Positions 46,692 through 60,478 of a DNA stretch of 64,000 nucleotides are shown here, piece after piece; position 1 is the stretch's first letter, and each line of letters opens with the position of its first letter. Position numbers and translations under genes: made by a program. The notes under the pieces were generated by a model. The model searched no databases and had not been told where the DNA came from. It saw only the letters and a program-made list of their open reading frames with translations. The stretch is taken from assembly GCA_030646995.1 (NCBI GenBank), contig JAUSKF010000004.1, positions 84,404 to 148,403 of the forward strand, written 5' to 3'. The DNA comes from a bacterium (GTDB taxonomy: Bacteria > Patescibacteriota > Minisyncoccia > UBA6257 > WO2-44-18).

Positions 46692-47339
46692 CTAATCATC
46701 ACGTCGAGGGCAGGACTCACCAAACAGATAACCGAAGGCCATAGCAAAGAGTCCGCCGGCTACCACATCCACAAGGTTGTGCTGTTTCACGGTTAGGGTG
46801 CTAATGGTAATCAATGCGCCCCAAAGCATGAACAGTACACCCTTCCGATAACGCCCGGCGGACATCAAGAGAAATGGCCCAAGTAAGCTGAAAAAGGCAT
46901 GCCCGCTGGGAAATTGATTGGCGGCCACATCGGTAGCCCGCAACCAGAGCACGGCGCCGTCAAAGTAATTCAGACAATGCACTACCGGCGTAGGATAATT
47001 ATGCGTCGTCGGCAGAAAGAAATAGAAAAGACTCAAGAGCAGACCACCGAGCATGTATGCCCAAAAAAGATTCCGAAGAACTAGTCGATTACGAACCGTC
47101 AGAAAAATTAGGGTGACTTGCAGATAGAGAGTCAGGTAAATTACTACCGTCCACGACACGAAAGGGATGGCCTGGTCGAGATGATAGAATGGCGTGACGT
47201 CTGGTTCCAAAATTAGAATTTTCGGAATAATTGCGTAAGTCGCGCCAGCCATTATCCAAAAGATAATAAGGGCCTTAAATTTCTCTCGCCAGCAAAAAAC
47301 AAAAGTATCTCGCACCTCCTTCCACCACTTCAATATCAT
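46692..47339 (-). CDS. PAP2-family membrane phosphatase
   Basis: PSGHA and VKQHNLVDVVAG motifs (PAP2 motifs 2 and 3), 5-6 TM. Confidence 0.6.
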   Translation of the reverse strand: MILKWWKEVRDTFVFCWREKFKALIIFWIMAGATYAIIPKILILEPDVTPFYHLDQAIPFVSWTVVIYLTLYLQVTLIFLTVRNRLVLRNLFWAYMLGGLLLSLFYFFLPTTHNYPTPVVHCLNYFDGAVLWLRATDVAANQFPSGHAFFSLLGPFLLMSAGRYRKGVLFMLWGALITISTLTVKQHNLVDVVAGGLFAMAFGYLFGESCPRRDD

Positions 47340-47394
47340 TTTTCAGCCTCCTCTTTGATTCAAAAAACTAGGAAGAGATTAGCACGTAGACTTG

Positions 47395-47500
47395 GGTTAG
47401 TAAACCCAAATCGGTATTTAGTATAAGGTATCCGGTATTAAGTATGCCCTCGCTCAAATACGGAATACTTCATACTTGATACTAAATACTAAAAATCCGG
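47395..47500. repeat. AT-rich palindromic intergenic repeat (GTATTAAGTAT family), copy b
   Basis: ccggtattaagtatg ... atacttcatacttgatactaaatactaaaaa. Confidence 0.4.
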
Positions 47501-47520
47501 CATTGCCGGATTTTGTTTTT
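47490..47520. terminator. rho-independent terminator downstream of tRNA-Pro (bidirectional hairpin)
   Basis: aaaaa-ATCCGGC-att-GCCGGAT-tttgttttt. Confidence 0.5.
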
Positions 47521-47521
47521 G

Positions 47522-47592
47522 TCGGGGCGCCGGGAATCGAACCCGGCCTATACGCACCCCATGCGTACGTACTGCCGATATACTACGCCCCG
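47522..47592 (-). tRNA. tRNA-Pro (anticodon GGG), CCA not encoded
   Basis: Hand-folded cloverleaf on the minus strand: acceptor CGGGGCG/CGCCCCG, D-arm GTAT-ATCGGCA-GTAC, anticodon stem TACGC/GCGTA with loop ATGGGGT, T-arm CCGGG-TTCGATT-CCCGG, discriminator A. Confidence 0.85.
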
Positions 47593-47607
47593 ATATTTAC
47601 TTACCAA

Positions 47608-47644
47608 CCAATCCTACTAAAAATCCCCTTCGAATGAAAGGGAT
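47608..47644. terminator. hairpin terminator downstream of rpmB
   Basis: aaaaATCCCCTTcgaatgaAAGGGATttttatttt. Confidence 0.4.
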
Positions 47645-47645
47645 T

Positions 47646-47876
47646 TTATTTTGCTGGAACTGTTTCTGGAGCTTTCGGCTTTTGGTACTTCGGAAGAGGC
47701 TTATTCTGACTCCTTAAGCATTGAGTACAAACCAAAGCTCTTACTCCGGAAGCGAGACGAGTCCTCTGCAAGTTCGGATATTTGCGAGTCCAATTGGTCG
47801 GGTTGTAGTGACCACGCAAAAGAACGCGGGTACCCGCCATCAGAGATCCTTTTTGACATACTGCACACTGTCTCAT
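47646..47876 (-). CDS. rpmB: 50S ribosomal protein L28 (Cys4 zinc-ribbon type)
   Basis: MRQCAVCQKGS...RKYPNLQRTRL...CTQC; trimmed from the ORF-track TTG start to the internal ATG. Confidence 0.65.
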   Translation of the reverse strand: MRQCAVCQKGSLMAGTRVLLRGHYNPTNWTRKYPNLQRTRLASGVRALVCTQCLRSQNKPLPKYQKPKAPETVPAK

Positions 47877-47918
47877 ATTGAATACTATGATAATCGATTT
47901 CTTGAAAGCGGTCAACTA

Positions 47919-47943
47919 TAAAAAAATCCCCTTATGCGGGGGA
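47919..47943 (-). terminator. rho-independent terminator overlapping the stop codon of the 47932 gene
   Basis: Read on the minus strand: ATCCCCCGCATAAGGGGAT followed by ttttttt. Confidence 0.45.
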
Positions 47944-48522
47944 TCCAAATTTGAAATTCTTCTGATCCGGCTGGCGGAAGTTGAAGCCGAAGGACGCAGT
48001 CGTGACCATTGTGTCTTTGAAGGTGCGGCCAGTGTAGAGCGCGTCTTTCTTTCGAACTAGAGTAAGAAATCCCGTCGGGGCAAAGGGCGTCGTCGGCTGG
48101 ATTACCAGAAGATAATCTTCATAAGCCTCGCGCCCCGGATTCGGCAAATAAGCTTCGTTGACTACCATTCCGATTGCCTTCTGACCGGCATAATCAAAAA
48201 TAACTTCCGGCACATTGCCGCTAGTCACCTTGTCGATGTAATCCTGATTCAGAAAAAAATCGATCACTACCGAGACCAGGGGGATCTTCGAGAAAAGCTT
48301 AAGGAAAAACTGCCGCAGTTTCGGTTTACCAATCAGCCAACCAATGAACAGAATGCCTAGAGCATACACCGCCAAATTCAGTGGCAGGTTGATGATCTTT
48401 GCATCGCTGAACGAAATAACAAAGTTCGACAGCAACGACAAAGCCCAAATGATAAAAGACACCAGAATCGCAATTACACCCGACCAGATAAGACCGGCCT
48501 TAAACGTCTTCCAGATTTTCAA
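47932..48522 (-). CDS. hypothetical membrane protein (two N-terminal TM helices plus soluble domain; DUF502-like architecture)
   Basis: Hydropathy pattern only. Confidence 0.4.
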   Translation of the reverse strand: MKIWKTFKAGLIWSGVIAILVSFIIWALSLLSNFVISFSDAKIINLPLNLAVYALGILFIGWLIGKPKLRQFFLKLFSKIPLVSVVIDFFLNQDYIDKVTSGNVPEVIFDYAGQKAIGMVVNEAYLPNPGREAYEDYLLVIQPTTPFAPTGFLTLVRKKDALYTGRTFKDTMVTTASFGFNFRQPDQKNFKFGSPA

Positions 48523-48533
48523 GTGAAGCCCTC

Positions 48534-49061
48534 CTATTCTTTAGAAGCTCCTTTAGCTAAGGCCAAGTTTACTAACAAAGCGCTAAGAATACCAATGAGC
48601 GCGCCGGCCAAAATATCCAACGGCCAATGAACGCCCGCCACCACCCGAGCCACTCCTATCAGAAAAGCTCCAAGCAAAAAGAGACTCCCCTTCTTCTTAT
48701 CGAATAAAAATACCGCAAAAGCCAGGGCAAAAAATACGGATGCATGGCCCGATGGAAAAGACGCCACATTGCCATGATTAAAAACGGGAACTAGGTTCAG
48801 TTCTACAAACGGCCTAGCCCGAAAGAATAAAAATTGAATAACCTCCGCGATAATTCCACGGGAAATAATTACCGCCAACGCCAATAAGGAAAATTTATAA
48901 AAACGATGCCTCCAGCTTTTTTCCCACCAAAGAAGTCCGACAACCAACAAAATTAACAAGTAGGCCAAGTACTTACCAAAAAAAACTATCAATCCGTCCA
49001 TAAGGGCTGATTGATTGGCGAATCCGTGCAGGAAATTAAAAATAGCTAAATCGTATCCCAT
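48534..49061 (-). CDS. PAP2-family phosphatase (undecaprenyl-diphosphatase BcrC-like)
   Basis: PSGHA, RVVAGVHWPLDILAG motifs. Confidence 0.65.
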   Translation of the reverse strand: MGYDLAIFNFLHGFANQSALMDGLIVFFGKYLAYLLILLVVGLLWWEKSWRHRFYKFSLLALAVIISRGIIAEVIQFLFFRARPFVELNLVPVFNHGNVASFPSGHASVFFALAFAVFLFDKKKGSLFLLGAFLIGVARVVAGVHWPLDILAGALIGILSALLVNLALAKGASKE

Positions 49062-49154
49062 GTAAGTGTTCGCTAATAATGCTAATTATGACAAATAATG
49101 CCAATAAATCCTATTCGCATTATTAAATTAAATTCGTATTATTCGCGATTACTC

Positions 49155-49355
49155 CTAGCGGCGGACGAACGGAAGCAAACCCATATAGCGGGAGCGCTTA
49201 ATGGATTGAGCTAATTTTCGCTGATGTAATGCGCAAGTACCTGTATAACGAGGGTCGATAATTTTAGCTTGGCCGGAAGTAAACCGACGCACGAAGGCGA
49301 CGTCTTTGTAATCGATAACCTCGATATTCTGCGAGCAAAATATGCACTGAATCAT
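49155..49355 (-). CDS. rpsR: 30S ribosomal protein S18
   Basis: IDYKDVAFVRRFTSGQAKIIDPRYTG canonical. Confidence 0.95.
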   Translation of the reverse strand: MIQCIFCSQNIEVIDYKDVAFVRRFTSGQAKIIDPRYTGTCALHQRKLAQSIKRSRYMGLLPFVRR

Positions 49356-49383
49356 AAAGTAAATCTATTATAGACTAACTCAA

Positions 49384-49845
49384 TTAAAATGGCAAATCCT
49401 CCATCTTAATATCTTCGTCAATCTGAATAGTCGGAATCGGCTCAGCTCCGCCGGCTGGCGGACGGACATCAGCCGAATTAGCTGATTCCATAGGCTTACC
49501 GGAACTTCCTACACCTCCTGATCGCGGCCCTAATTCAATTCTGTCGGCTATAATCTCCGTGGTGCTACGGTTCTGACCCTGCTTGTCCTGCCATTTACGG
49601 GTCTGCAATCTGCCCTCCACTAAAGCCAATCCCCCTCTAGTTAAAAACTTACCGGCGATTTCCGCCGAACGGCCCCAAACGACAATATTATGATACTCCA
49701 CCTCTTCTTTCTTTTGACCCGCCTTGTCGGTCCAATAGCGATTAGTAGCCAAGCTGAAGCTGGCAACTTGCTGACCGCCGGGAGTACTGCGAAGAATCGG
49801 ATCAGCAGTCAACCGACCTAGAATAAAGACTTTATTGAGATTCAT
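49384..49845 (-). CDS. ssb: single-stranded DNA-binding protein
   Basis: OB fold (NKVFILGRLTADP...HNIVVWGR), Gly/Pro-rich linker, acidic tip ...EDLPF. Confidence 0.95.
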   Translation of the reverse strand: MNLNKVFILGRLTADPILRSTPGGQQVASFSLATNRYWTDKAGQKKEEVEYHNIVVWGRSAEIAGKFLTRGGLALVEGRLQTRKWQDKQGQNRSTTEIIADRIELGPRSGGVGSSGKPMESANSADVRPPAGGAEPIPTIQIDEDIKMEDLPF

Positions 49846-49849
49846 ATGT

Positions 49850-49945
49850 GATTAGTATTAAGTATTTTGTATTAAGTATCAAGTATAATTCGCATACTGA
49901 ATACCGGATACTTTATACCTAATACTACTAAAATAGCCCCAATGG
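49850..49945. repeat. AT-rich palindromic intergenic repeat (GTATTAAGTAT family), copy c
   Basis: gtattaagtattttgtattaagtatcaagtata ... atactgaataccggatactttatacctaatacta. Confidence 0.4.
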
Positions 49946-49946
49946 G

Positions 49947-50390
49947 CTATTTTAGAATTTCCTCAAGTTTCTCCGACAAGGCTTCGTTGCTGAGAGTAGT
50001 CGATGCGGGAGCTTTCCTTTCCACCCTTCCAGCCGTGGCCGGCTTTCCCGCCCCGGCGGGTAAACCGGCAACCTCGGCCTGCCCTGGCATAACCCTCGGA
50101 GCCGGCATTTTCACCGGAGGGGTGAGAATCAAGAATCTCAAAATCGGCTTTTTCAACTGGAGGGTTCCATGAATCAATTTCACCTCTGCCGGTTCAGCAG
50201 TAAAATGGCAAAAGCCAAAATACGCAGTAGCATGCTTTTTAATCGAGTAGGCCAAGGTAATGGAAGCTACCGATTTCTGATGAGTAATCTCAGCGCCATT
50301 CTCCTTCAAAACCGAAACTACCTCCTGCTCCGCCTCCGGAGTGTCTAAGAGATAAGAAATTTCGTATTCTTTTCTAGATTCCTCTTTCAT
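49947..50390 (-). CDS. rpsF: 30S ribosomal protein S6 with Pro/Ala-rich C-terminal extension
   Basis: YEISYLL start; rpsF-ssb-rpsR synteny. Confidence 0.85.
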   Translation of the reverse strand: MKEESRKEYEISYLLDTPEAEQEVVSVLKENGAEITHQKSVASITLAYSIKKHATAYFGFCHFTAEPAEVKLIHGTLQLKKPILRFLILTPPVKMPAPRVMPGQAEVAGLPAGAGKPATAGRVERKAPASTTLSNEALSEKLEEILK

Positions 50391-50414
50391 TTTTCTAGTT
50401 AGTAGATATTAGCG

Positions 50415-53400
50415 TTAAGCGACCGCCTCGTCAACTGGCTCTTCATCAGCCAGTACAGCGTTGAAGCCTGTGCCGACCGGAATCAATCGGCCGATGATTA
50501 CGTTCTCTTTCAAGCCACGCAAGCCGTCTACTTTGCCTTCAAGAGCTGCGGCAATCAAAACACGAGCAGTTTCTTGGAAAGAAGCGGCGGACAAGAAGCT
50601 TTCGGTAGACAAAGCAACTTTGGTGATACCCATCAACATCTGCACGGCTTTCGCGGGTTCTTTTCCGGCTTTCTTGATAGCGCGGTTTACCTCCAAGAAC
50701 TTAGATTTCTCCAGCACATCGCCCGGCACAAATTCAGTATCGCCGGATTCTTTTACCTTAACGCGGGAGAACATCTGACGCACGATTACCTCGATATGCT
50801 TGTTGTTGATGCTGGCACCTTCAGACAGGTAGATTCTTTGAATTCCATTGATGATGTATTTCTGAGCCGCCTCTGCGCCCTTCAACGAGAAAATTTCTTT
50901 CAGGTCTAAGTTGCCCTCACAAAGCTGATCTCCTCTCTTTACTTCATCTCCCGGTTTAACAAAGACATCCACCAAACGGGACACAGTGTACTCTTTGGTT
51001 TCTTTTTTGGAATTAACTTTAATAACCTTCGACAAACCTCGGTCTTCGATGGTATCCACGATTCCATCTTCTTCAGCCAAGAAGGCGCGTCCTTTCGGAG
51101 GGCGAGCCTCAAAAATTTCTTCAATACGAGGCAAGCCGTGAGTAATGTCAGATCCGGCAACGCCACCGATGTGGAAAGTTCTCATAGTCAGCTGGGTACC
51201 AGGCTCACCGATAGATTGAGCGGCAACTACACCAACAGCCTGACCAAGCTTGATTGCGCTATTGTTGCCCAAATCGTAACCGTAGCAAGCCGTGCAAACA
51301 CCATACAAAGTCTTGCAGGTAATCGGAGAACGCATTTTCACCGCTTCAATCTTAGACAAATTAACCAATTCAGCCTGCTCGCGATTAATCATTTCTCCTG
51401 CTTTAACCACGGTCTTGCCGTCTACTTTAATGTCTTCCAAGGAAGTACGGGAGAACAAGCGGCTGCCCAAAGTGCTGCCGAATTCCATTCCGTCAGCGCG
51501 ATCAACGGTAATACCCTCTTTGGTTTTGCAGTCCTCTTCACGAACTACCAAATCTTGGGACACGTCCACCAAGCGGCGGGTTAAGTAACCGGCAGAAGCG
51601 GTTTTTAAAGCGGTATCAGTAGAACCTTTACGGGCACCGTGAGTGGAAATGAAATATTCCAACACACCCAAGCCTTCTTTATAAGAAGAACGGATTGGCA
51701 ACTCGATTGGTTCGCCTTTCGGGTTTTGCACCAAACCTTTCATACCGGCCATCTGTACCGGCTGGGACCATGTGCCACGAGCGCCGGAATCAATAATCTG
51801 GTAAACGGAACTTTGCGAATTAAGAGTTTCCGGAACTAATTTAGCAACCTCTCCTTTAATCTTTTCCCAAACTGAAATTACACGGGCGCGGCGTTCGGAA
51901 TCGGTCAGTAAACCTTGCTGATACTGCTCCCGAATTTCCGACACTAAAACTTCCGCCTTTTTCATTAATTCGGGTTTCTGTGGAGGAATCACCAAATCAG
52001 CCATACCCCAGCTGATACCGGATAAAGTCGCGTATTCGAAACCTAAACGCTTGATACCATCAAGCACTTCGGCAGTCTTTTCAATTCCGTATTTGTGAAT
52101 TACAGCGGCGATAAGTTTCGAGAGCTCCTTTTTGCTCATCTTTTTATTCACGAAACCAAAGTCCGGAGGCAAAATCTGATTGAAGATTACGCGACCCAAA
52201 GAAGTGGTTTCCGCGTGAGGAGAACCAATCTTGATTGGAGCGTTAATCGCCAACATATCATGATGCTCGGCGGTAATAGCTTCCTCATTAGTAGAGAAAA
52301 TCTTTCCGGCGCCAACTGCGTCTTCTTTAATATTGGTCAGGTAATAGCAACCCAGAACGATATCTTGAGTCGGCACGGTAATCGGATCTCCGGTAGCCGG
52401 CTTCAGCAAATTAACGCTAGAAAGCATGATTTCTCGGGCTTCTTTTTGAGCCTGCTCGCCCAATGGCAAGTGAACGGCCATCTGGTCACCGTCGAAGTCA
52501 GCGTTAAAAGCGGAGCAAACCAAAGGAGGAATGCGGATAGCCAAATCTTCGGTCAGAACAGGCTGGAAAGCTTGAACACCCAAGCGATGCAAAGTCGGAG
52601 CGCGATTCAAAAGCACTTTGCGTCCCGCGATTACTTCTTCCAAGATTGCCCAGATTTCCGAAGGAGCTTGTTCGATTAAGCGGTTAGCATTGCGGATGTT
52701 GTAGGCCAATCCCCTTTCAATAACTTTATTGATTACAAACGGCTTGAACAATTCCAAGGCCATTTTTTTCGGAAGACCACACTCATTCAACTTCAAATTC
52801 GCGCCGATGACGATAACCGAACGGCCGGAATAATCTACGCGCTTACCCAAAAGGTTTTGGCGGAAACGGCCCTGCTTGCCCTTTAACATGTCCGCCAAAG
52901 AGCGGAGCGGGCGACGCTGGCTCGAAAGCTGTTGTGTTCCGAAGCGGGCGGAATTGTCGATTAAAGCGTCCACGGATTCCTGCAACATACGTTTTTCGTT
53001 GACCACGATTACATCCGGAGCTTTTAATTCCAAAAGCTTCTTCAAGCGGTTATTGCGGTTAATAACGCGGCGATATAAATCATTCAAATCAGAAGTCGCG
53101 TAACGGCCGCCGTCCAAAGCCACCATCGGACGCAAATCCGGAGGCAACACCGGCAAAACGGTCAAAATCATAGAAGCCGGATCAATGCCAGTCTTATAAA
53201 GAGAGGTGGCTAATTTCAAGCGGCGCAAAACCAACCGTTCTTTCAACGGATCTTTCACGGTCTCGGCTTCTTTCTTCATTTCGGAAACCAAAGCTTTCAA
53301 ATCCAAATTGGATAAGATTTTCTGCAAAGCCTCGGCGCCGGTGCCGGCTTGGAAGATATCCGCAAACCGCTTAGACAAATTAACGTATTCAACTTCGGTC

Positions 53401-53963
53401 AAAATCTTACCTACATACAAAGAAGCGATTTCCTTTTTCGCAGCCGACATACCGGCGCGCAATTCTTCCGTCTTCACGCCTTCTTTGCGGGCAGATTTCT
53501 TACGAGTAGAAAATTCTTTTTCCAAATCCTCCATCACCCGCTTTTTCGCGTCTTCTTTTACTGCAGTAATGATGTAAGAAGCGTAATAAATAACCTTCTC
53601 CAATTTCATTATCGGAGTGTCCAAAAGCACGCCAATCTTAGATGGGACGTTCTTGAAGAACCAAATGTGAGCTACCGGAGCGGCCAACTTGATGTGACCC
53701 ATTCTTTCGCGGCGCACAATCGCGCGGGTAACTTCTACTCCGCACTTGTCGCAAACCACATTCTTATAGCGAATACGGCGATATTTACCGCAATAACATT
53801 CCCAATCCTTAGTCGGACCGAAAATACGCTCGGAGAAAAGACCGTCTTTTTCCGGACGCTGGGTGCGGTAGTTGATGGTTTCCGGTTTGATGATTTCACC
53901 GAAAGACCATTTCAGAATGTCTTCAGCAGAGGCGAGTTTTAATTTAATGGCTTGAAAGTTCAT
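50415..53963 (-). CDS. rpoC: DNA-directed RNA polymerase beta-prime subunit
   Basis: Zinc finger CxxC...CxxC near the N-terminus, NADFDGD catalytic motif, 1182 aa. Confidence 0.97.
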   Translation of the reverse strand: MNFQAIKLKLASAEDILKWSFGEIIKPETINYRTQRPEKDGLFSERIFGPTKDWECYCGKYRRIRYKNVVCDKCGVEVTRAIVRRERMGHIKLAAPVAHIWFFKNVPSKIGVLLDTPIMKLEKVIYYASYIITAVKEDAKKRVMEDLEKEFSTRKKSARKEGVKTEELRAGMSAAKKEIASLYVGKILTEVEYVNLSKRFADIFQAGTGAEALQKILSNLDLKALVSEMKKEAETVKDPLKERLVLRRLKLATSLYKTGIDPASMILTVLPVLPPDLRPMVALDGGRYATSDLNDLYRRVINRNNRLKKLLELKAPDVIVVNEKRMLQESVDALIDNSARFGTQQLSSQRRPLRSLADMLKGKQGRFRQNLLGKRVDYSGRSVIVIGANLKLNECGLPKKMALELFKPFVINKVIERGLAYNIRNANRLIEQAPSEIWAILEEVIAGRKVLLNRAPTLHRLGVQAFQPVLTEDLAIRIPPLVCSAFNADFDGDQMAVHLPLGEQAQKEAREIMLSSVNLLKPATGDPITVPTQDIVLGCYYLTNIKEDAVGAGKIFSTNEEAITAEHHDMLAINAPIKIGSPHAETTSLGRVIFNQILPPDFGFVNKKMSKKELSKLIAAVIHKYGIEKTAEVLDGIKRLGFEYATLSGISWGMADLVIPPQKPELMKKAEVLVSEIREQYQQGLLTDSERRARVISVWEKIKGEVAKLVPETLNSQSSVYQIIDSGARGTWSQPVQMAGMKGLVQNPKGEPIELPIRSSYKEGLGVLEYFISTHGARKGSTDTALKTASAGYLTRRLVDVSQDLVVREEDCKTKEGITVDRADGMEFGSTLGSRLFSRTSLEDIKVDGKTVVKAGEMINREQAELVNLSKIEAVKMRSPITCKTLYGVCTACYGYDLGNNSAIKLGQAVGVVAAQSIGEPGTQLTMRTFHIGGVAGSDITHGLPRIEEIFEARPPKGRAFLAEEDGIVDTIEDRGLSKVIKVNSKKETKEYTVSRLVDVFVKPGDEVKRGDQLCEGNLDLKEIFSLKGAEAAQKYIINGIQRIYLSEGASINNKHIEVIVRQMFSRVKVKESGDTEFVPGDVLEKSKFLEVNRAIKKAGKEPAKAVQMLMGITKVALSTESFLSAASFQETARVLIAAALEGKVDGLRGLKENVIIGRLIPVGTGFNAVLADEEPVDEAVA

Positions 53964-53973
53964 GTTTTTGTAG

Positions 53974-57180
<3,207 letters not shown>

Positions 57181-57789
57181 TAGGTGGTTATTATTTTTTA
57201 GGGTGACGTTTATATTAATGGCGACCCTGTCTAACCATTTTGGTTATTAAATTTTATTAAAATTGCGTCTTTCTTCCGCATGACTCTTCTACGGGGCTTG
57301 CCCCGCACCTTATTGCGTCATAGGCAGGCAAACTTCACGTCATAGAAAAGGTGCGGGGTCAAATTCAGAAAAACGCCAAAACCCAAACCACGCTTTTTAC
57401 CGATTTGAGCGTAGCTTATGGATTTCTTTAATTAGTTAATAGTGTATACCCGTTGACAAAAATTGTCAAGGGTGCGTTGGGGTGTGCCCGGTGCTACAAC
57501 AAATATGACCTAAGCACAAACCTCTATTTTCCACACAAACTTGCCGAAAGCTACTCTAATCTAGCCTGTTGGTTGTAGCACCGGGTGTGGATAACTCCCC
57601 TTGACCGCACTTGGCACTTTCGGGCGATCACTTCTCGGAAACGGCATAATTTGCTTCCAGCGAGCAAATTTACCTCTCCCTCGGCGATTTGTCCCTAATG
57701 AGCCAATCCAAATCGCCTGCGGCATGTTCCTCCAAGTAATCCGCCCTACGGCCAAGAGCAGTCTGCGTTGGTGCTGGTTGGGGAAATAA

Positions 57790-57875
57790 AAAATCCTATT
57801 CGCGCAGGGCTACGCCTCGGAATCGAGTCCGGAGTTTGGAACAGGGGCTCGCTAAGTTAGAAATCCGCCCACGCC
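57790..57875. repeat. GC-rich intergenic repeat, partial copy C
   Basis: aaaaaatcctattcgcgcagggctacgcctcggaatcgag...gggctcgct aligns with the 3' half of copies A and B; immediately 3' of the restriction-modification gene stop. Confidence 0.45.
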
Positions 57876-57907
57876 ACTTCGTTCACGAGATTCAGCCAAG
57901 CCTCAAT

Positions 57908-60283
57908 TTAAAATCCTGAAGGATAAGGCAAAGACCTTATATAGTCTTCCATAAATTGCCAATCAGGATTATCGCTCTTACCAATGGGAAGTTTAATTTT
58001 TTCGAAAGGCAATCTCATAAGCCTTACTTGTCTGCCATAGGCATACTTATACTTCAATTTACTTAGTATAGTTACCAAAAATAAAGAGCTGAATTTACTA
58101 AGCTCAAAGTCAATCGGAATAAGCGTGTGCACATTGTCGTCGCTGAAATATTTATAGTCATGATAAAAAACATTAAAAAACATATCGACGGTTATTTTAT
58201 TTTGAAATATCTTCTTCTTGCCTTGGAACTCCTCCAAAGAAATGTATTCGGAAACACCGTTGTTATTTTCTCCAGCTGTTATTAGTGGGATCTCGCCATC
58301 TATACGATCGGGCTTTGTCAATCTCTCCCCTTTCTCAAAGCGAAATAGATCACCCAAGCCAAACACTCTCCAACTGCGAGTATCTATTAATTGCTCCTTC
58401 TTAGTAGAATCTTTATTTTTTAACAAGAACTCAGCCATTTCGCTTTTCCCGTTTTTAAATAAAAACGCAGCTACATTCACTGTATTTTGAATAAATTCTA
58501 ATCCACTAATTCTTGAGAAATCAGTCTCGAGATACGCCTCAGCGCACCACTCATCATCTTTGGTGATCTTTTTAAGAACACAAAAACCAGGAATTTCTTT
58601 TTTCCCGTAAAAAGCCGCCAACCATGCTTCTCTTATATCTCGCCATTTGTCGGTAGCGACCCTGCCATCCCTTTTATCTTTTCTAAAACCATCATTTTTC
58701 CAATATCCGAACCAGCTCTCGTGATGCTCGTCGCTATCATGTGGGGTATGAGCCGTAAAAACCATAATACAAGTAACGGTTCCGATGGGGTAAAATAGGT
58801 CATCCGGCATACTCATCACCGCTTCTAATCTATGCTCGCTGAGAAGTTTTTCACGAAGTGGATGCTTGGTATCGATCGCTAGAGACATTGGCACAATTAC
58901 TATCCCCGTCGCGTTCTTACTCAACCCATCAAGCATGCGAATGACGAAATCCCACTCATGCAAATTGTCACCTTTTTGTGAATATGGTGGGTTCATAAAA
59001 CCCGCGTTCGCTTTATTTTTAATTTTATTGAAAAGAACGTCATCGAAACATGAACCTTGATAAAGATTAGTCTTCCCATCACCTCGCAAGATCATGTTCG
59101 AAACAGCTAGAGCAAACATTTGGGGTTCTTGCTCGATGCCAATAAGGGAGTTGGATAGTATTCTTCTTTTCTCTTCCGCCGAAACTTTTCCAGTCATTTT
59201 TTTCATCGCCGATATCAGAAAACCGCCAGTTCCGGCGCATATATCAAGAACGACTGAATTCTTGTCTAGTTTTGCCAACTCTGAGAATAAGTCGGTGATA
59301 TGTTTTGGGGTTAGAACAATACCAAGACCCTTACCATCACCTCCGGTATAACGAATAAATTCACCATAAAAATTGCCTATGATGTCAAAATCATAGTGAT
59401 CTTTGGTGAAGGGCTGAACGTGCATTTGTAAATCTCTGATTATGTGTAGTAAAGGGGATTCGTTTTTCTTGGCGTCAATCTTTTGTAACTCAGGATGGTG
59501 TGCTATAAAACTAAACGCGTTTACAACTGCTTTCTTCTTAGCTTCATGCGTGTCTCCAAGCTCCGCTTTATCTATAATCTTTTTTAAAGAATTAAATGTC
59601 TCGTTGGCCAATTCTTCTCCTTCGTATTTCTTGTATGCAACCTCAAAACCCTTATCCATGAGAGCTAATAAAACACCGCTAACTAGCAATGGCTTTTGGG
59701 CTTCAGTAATCTTCGCATAATCGCGCATGTAATCATGCAACTCCCGGGAAAAACGCATTAGATCAGAATGCCGGGACTTTGCTAACGCAGGATCAAATTT
59801 CGCACGCTCAATATACCTATTCCAAGGCAGTATTTTCTCGATTTTTCTATTATTTTCATCTAATAAATCTGTATAGGTAGAAGAGTTTTTAGGATATAAA
59901 TATGTACTTACTTTGTAATCACTTTCATCTTCGCCGCTAATACCAATGGCAATAACATTAAATTCCCGGGCCAGGTGACTACCATACAAAAGAGCGCCAT
60001 CAACTGCATAATCCTTGTACTGATCCCTGCTTTTTGATTCGTGATATTTTAAATCCGCTTTGCATTCGATGATTAGTAAAAAATCATTGTCGTCTTTTTT
60101 CCTAACAATAAACTCCGGCTTTCCCGATCCTAAACCAGACTTACTGGCATTTTTTAGTAATTTTTGGATTGTGGGATTGTCGCTTTTTTGTTCTTCAACA
60201 ACAAATTCTGCATTATCAAAAATACCCGCCTTTGTCAGAAGTTTACGAGATAGGTTTTCGGTTTTTTTCTCGTTCTTAGTCAT
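57908..60283 (-). CDS. single-polypeptide Type IIG/IIL restriction-modification enzyme (MmeI-like: N-terminal PD-(D/E)xK nuclease, gamma-class N6-adenine methyltransferase, C-terminal HsdS-like target-recognition domain)
   Basis: DFLLIIECK nuclease motif; methyltransferase motif I VLDICAGTGGFL before motif IV NPPY; C-terminal region with HsdS-type TRD pattern. AT-rich (~33% GC). Start trimmed to the ATG after a GGGGG RBS. Confidence 0.75.
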   Translation of the reverse strand: MTKNEKKTENLSRKLLTKAGIFDNAEFVVEEQKSDNPTIQKLLKNASKSGLGSGKPEFIVRKKDDNDFLLIIECKADLKYHESKSRDQYKDYAVDGALLYGSHLAREFNVIAIGISGEDESDYKVSTYLYPKNSSTYTDLLDENNRKIEKILPWNRYIERAKFDPALAKSRHSDLMRFSRELHDYMRDYAKITEAQKPLLVSGVLLALMDKGFEVAYKKYEGEELANETFNSLKKIIDKAELGDTHEAKKKAVVNAFSFIAHHPELQKIDAKKNESPLLHIIRDLQMHVQPFTKDHYDFDIIGNFYGEFIRYTGGDGKGLGIVLTPKHITDLFSELAKLDKNSVVLDICAGTGGFLISAMKKMTGKVSAEEKRRILSNSLIGIEQEPQMFALAVSNMILRGDGKTNLYQGSCFDDVLFNKIKNKANAGFMNPPYSQKGDNLHEWDFVIRMLDGLSKNATGIVIVPMSLAIDTKHPLREKLLSEHRLEAVMSMPDDLFYPIGTVTCIMVFTAHTPHDSDEHHESWFGYWKNDGFRKDKRDGRVATDKWRDIREAWLAAFYGKKEIPGFCVLKKITKDDEWCAEAYLETDFSRISGLEFIQNTVNVAAFLFKNGKSEMAEFLLKNKDSTKKEQLIDTRSWRVFGLGDLFRFEKGERLTKPDRIDGEIPLITAGENNNGVSEYISLEEFQGKKKIFQNKITVDMFFNVFYHDYKYFSDDNVHTLIPIDFELSKFSSLFLVTILSKLKYKYAYGRQVRLMRLPFEKIKLPIGKSDNPDWQFMEDYIRSLPYPSGF

Positions 60284-60478
60284 GGAAAACCCCCAAAGCA
60301 GTAAAAGCAAAATTATCTCCTATTGTTTGATTATATCATCTTCGCTTATATCGAAAACGGAAAAGAGTAAATAATACATATAGCAAAGCTATGCCGAGAA
60401 AGCTCCTCAGGGCGTGGATCCAATCCTCGCCCTAGCCGCCTTCTTCCATTTTACTCTCTAGGTTAGTAAATTCCTTTC

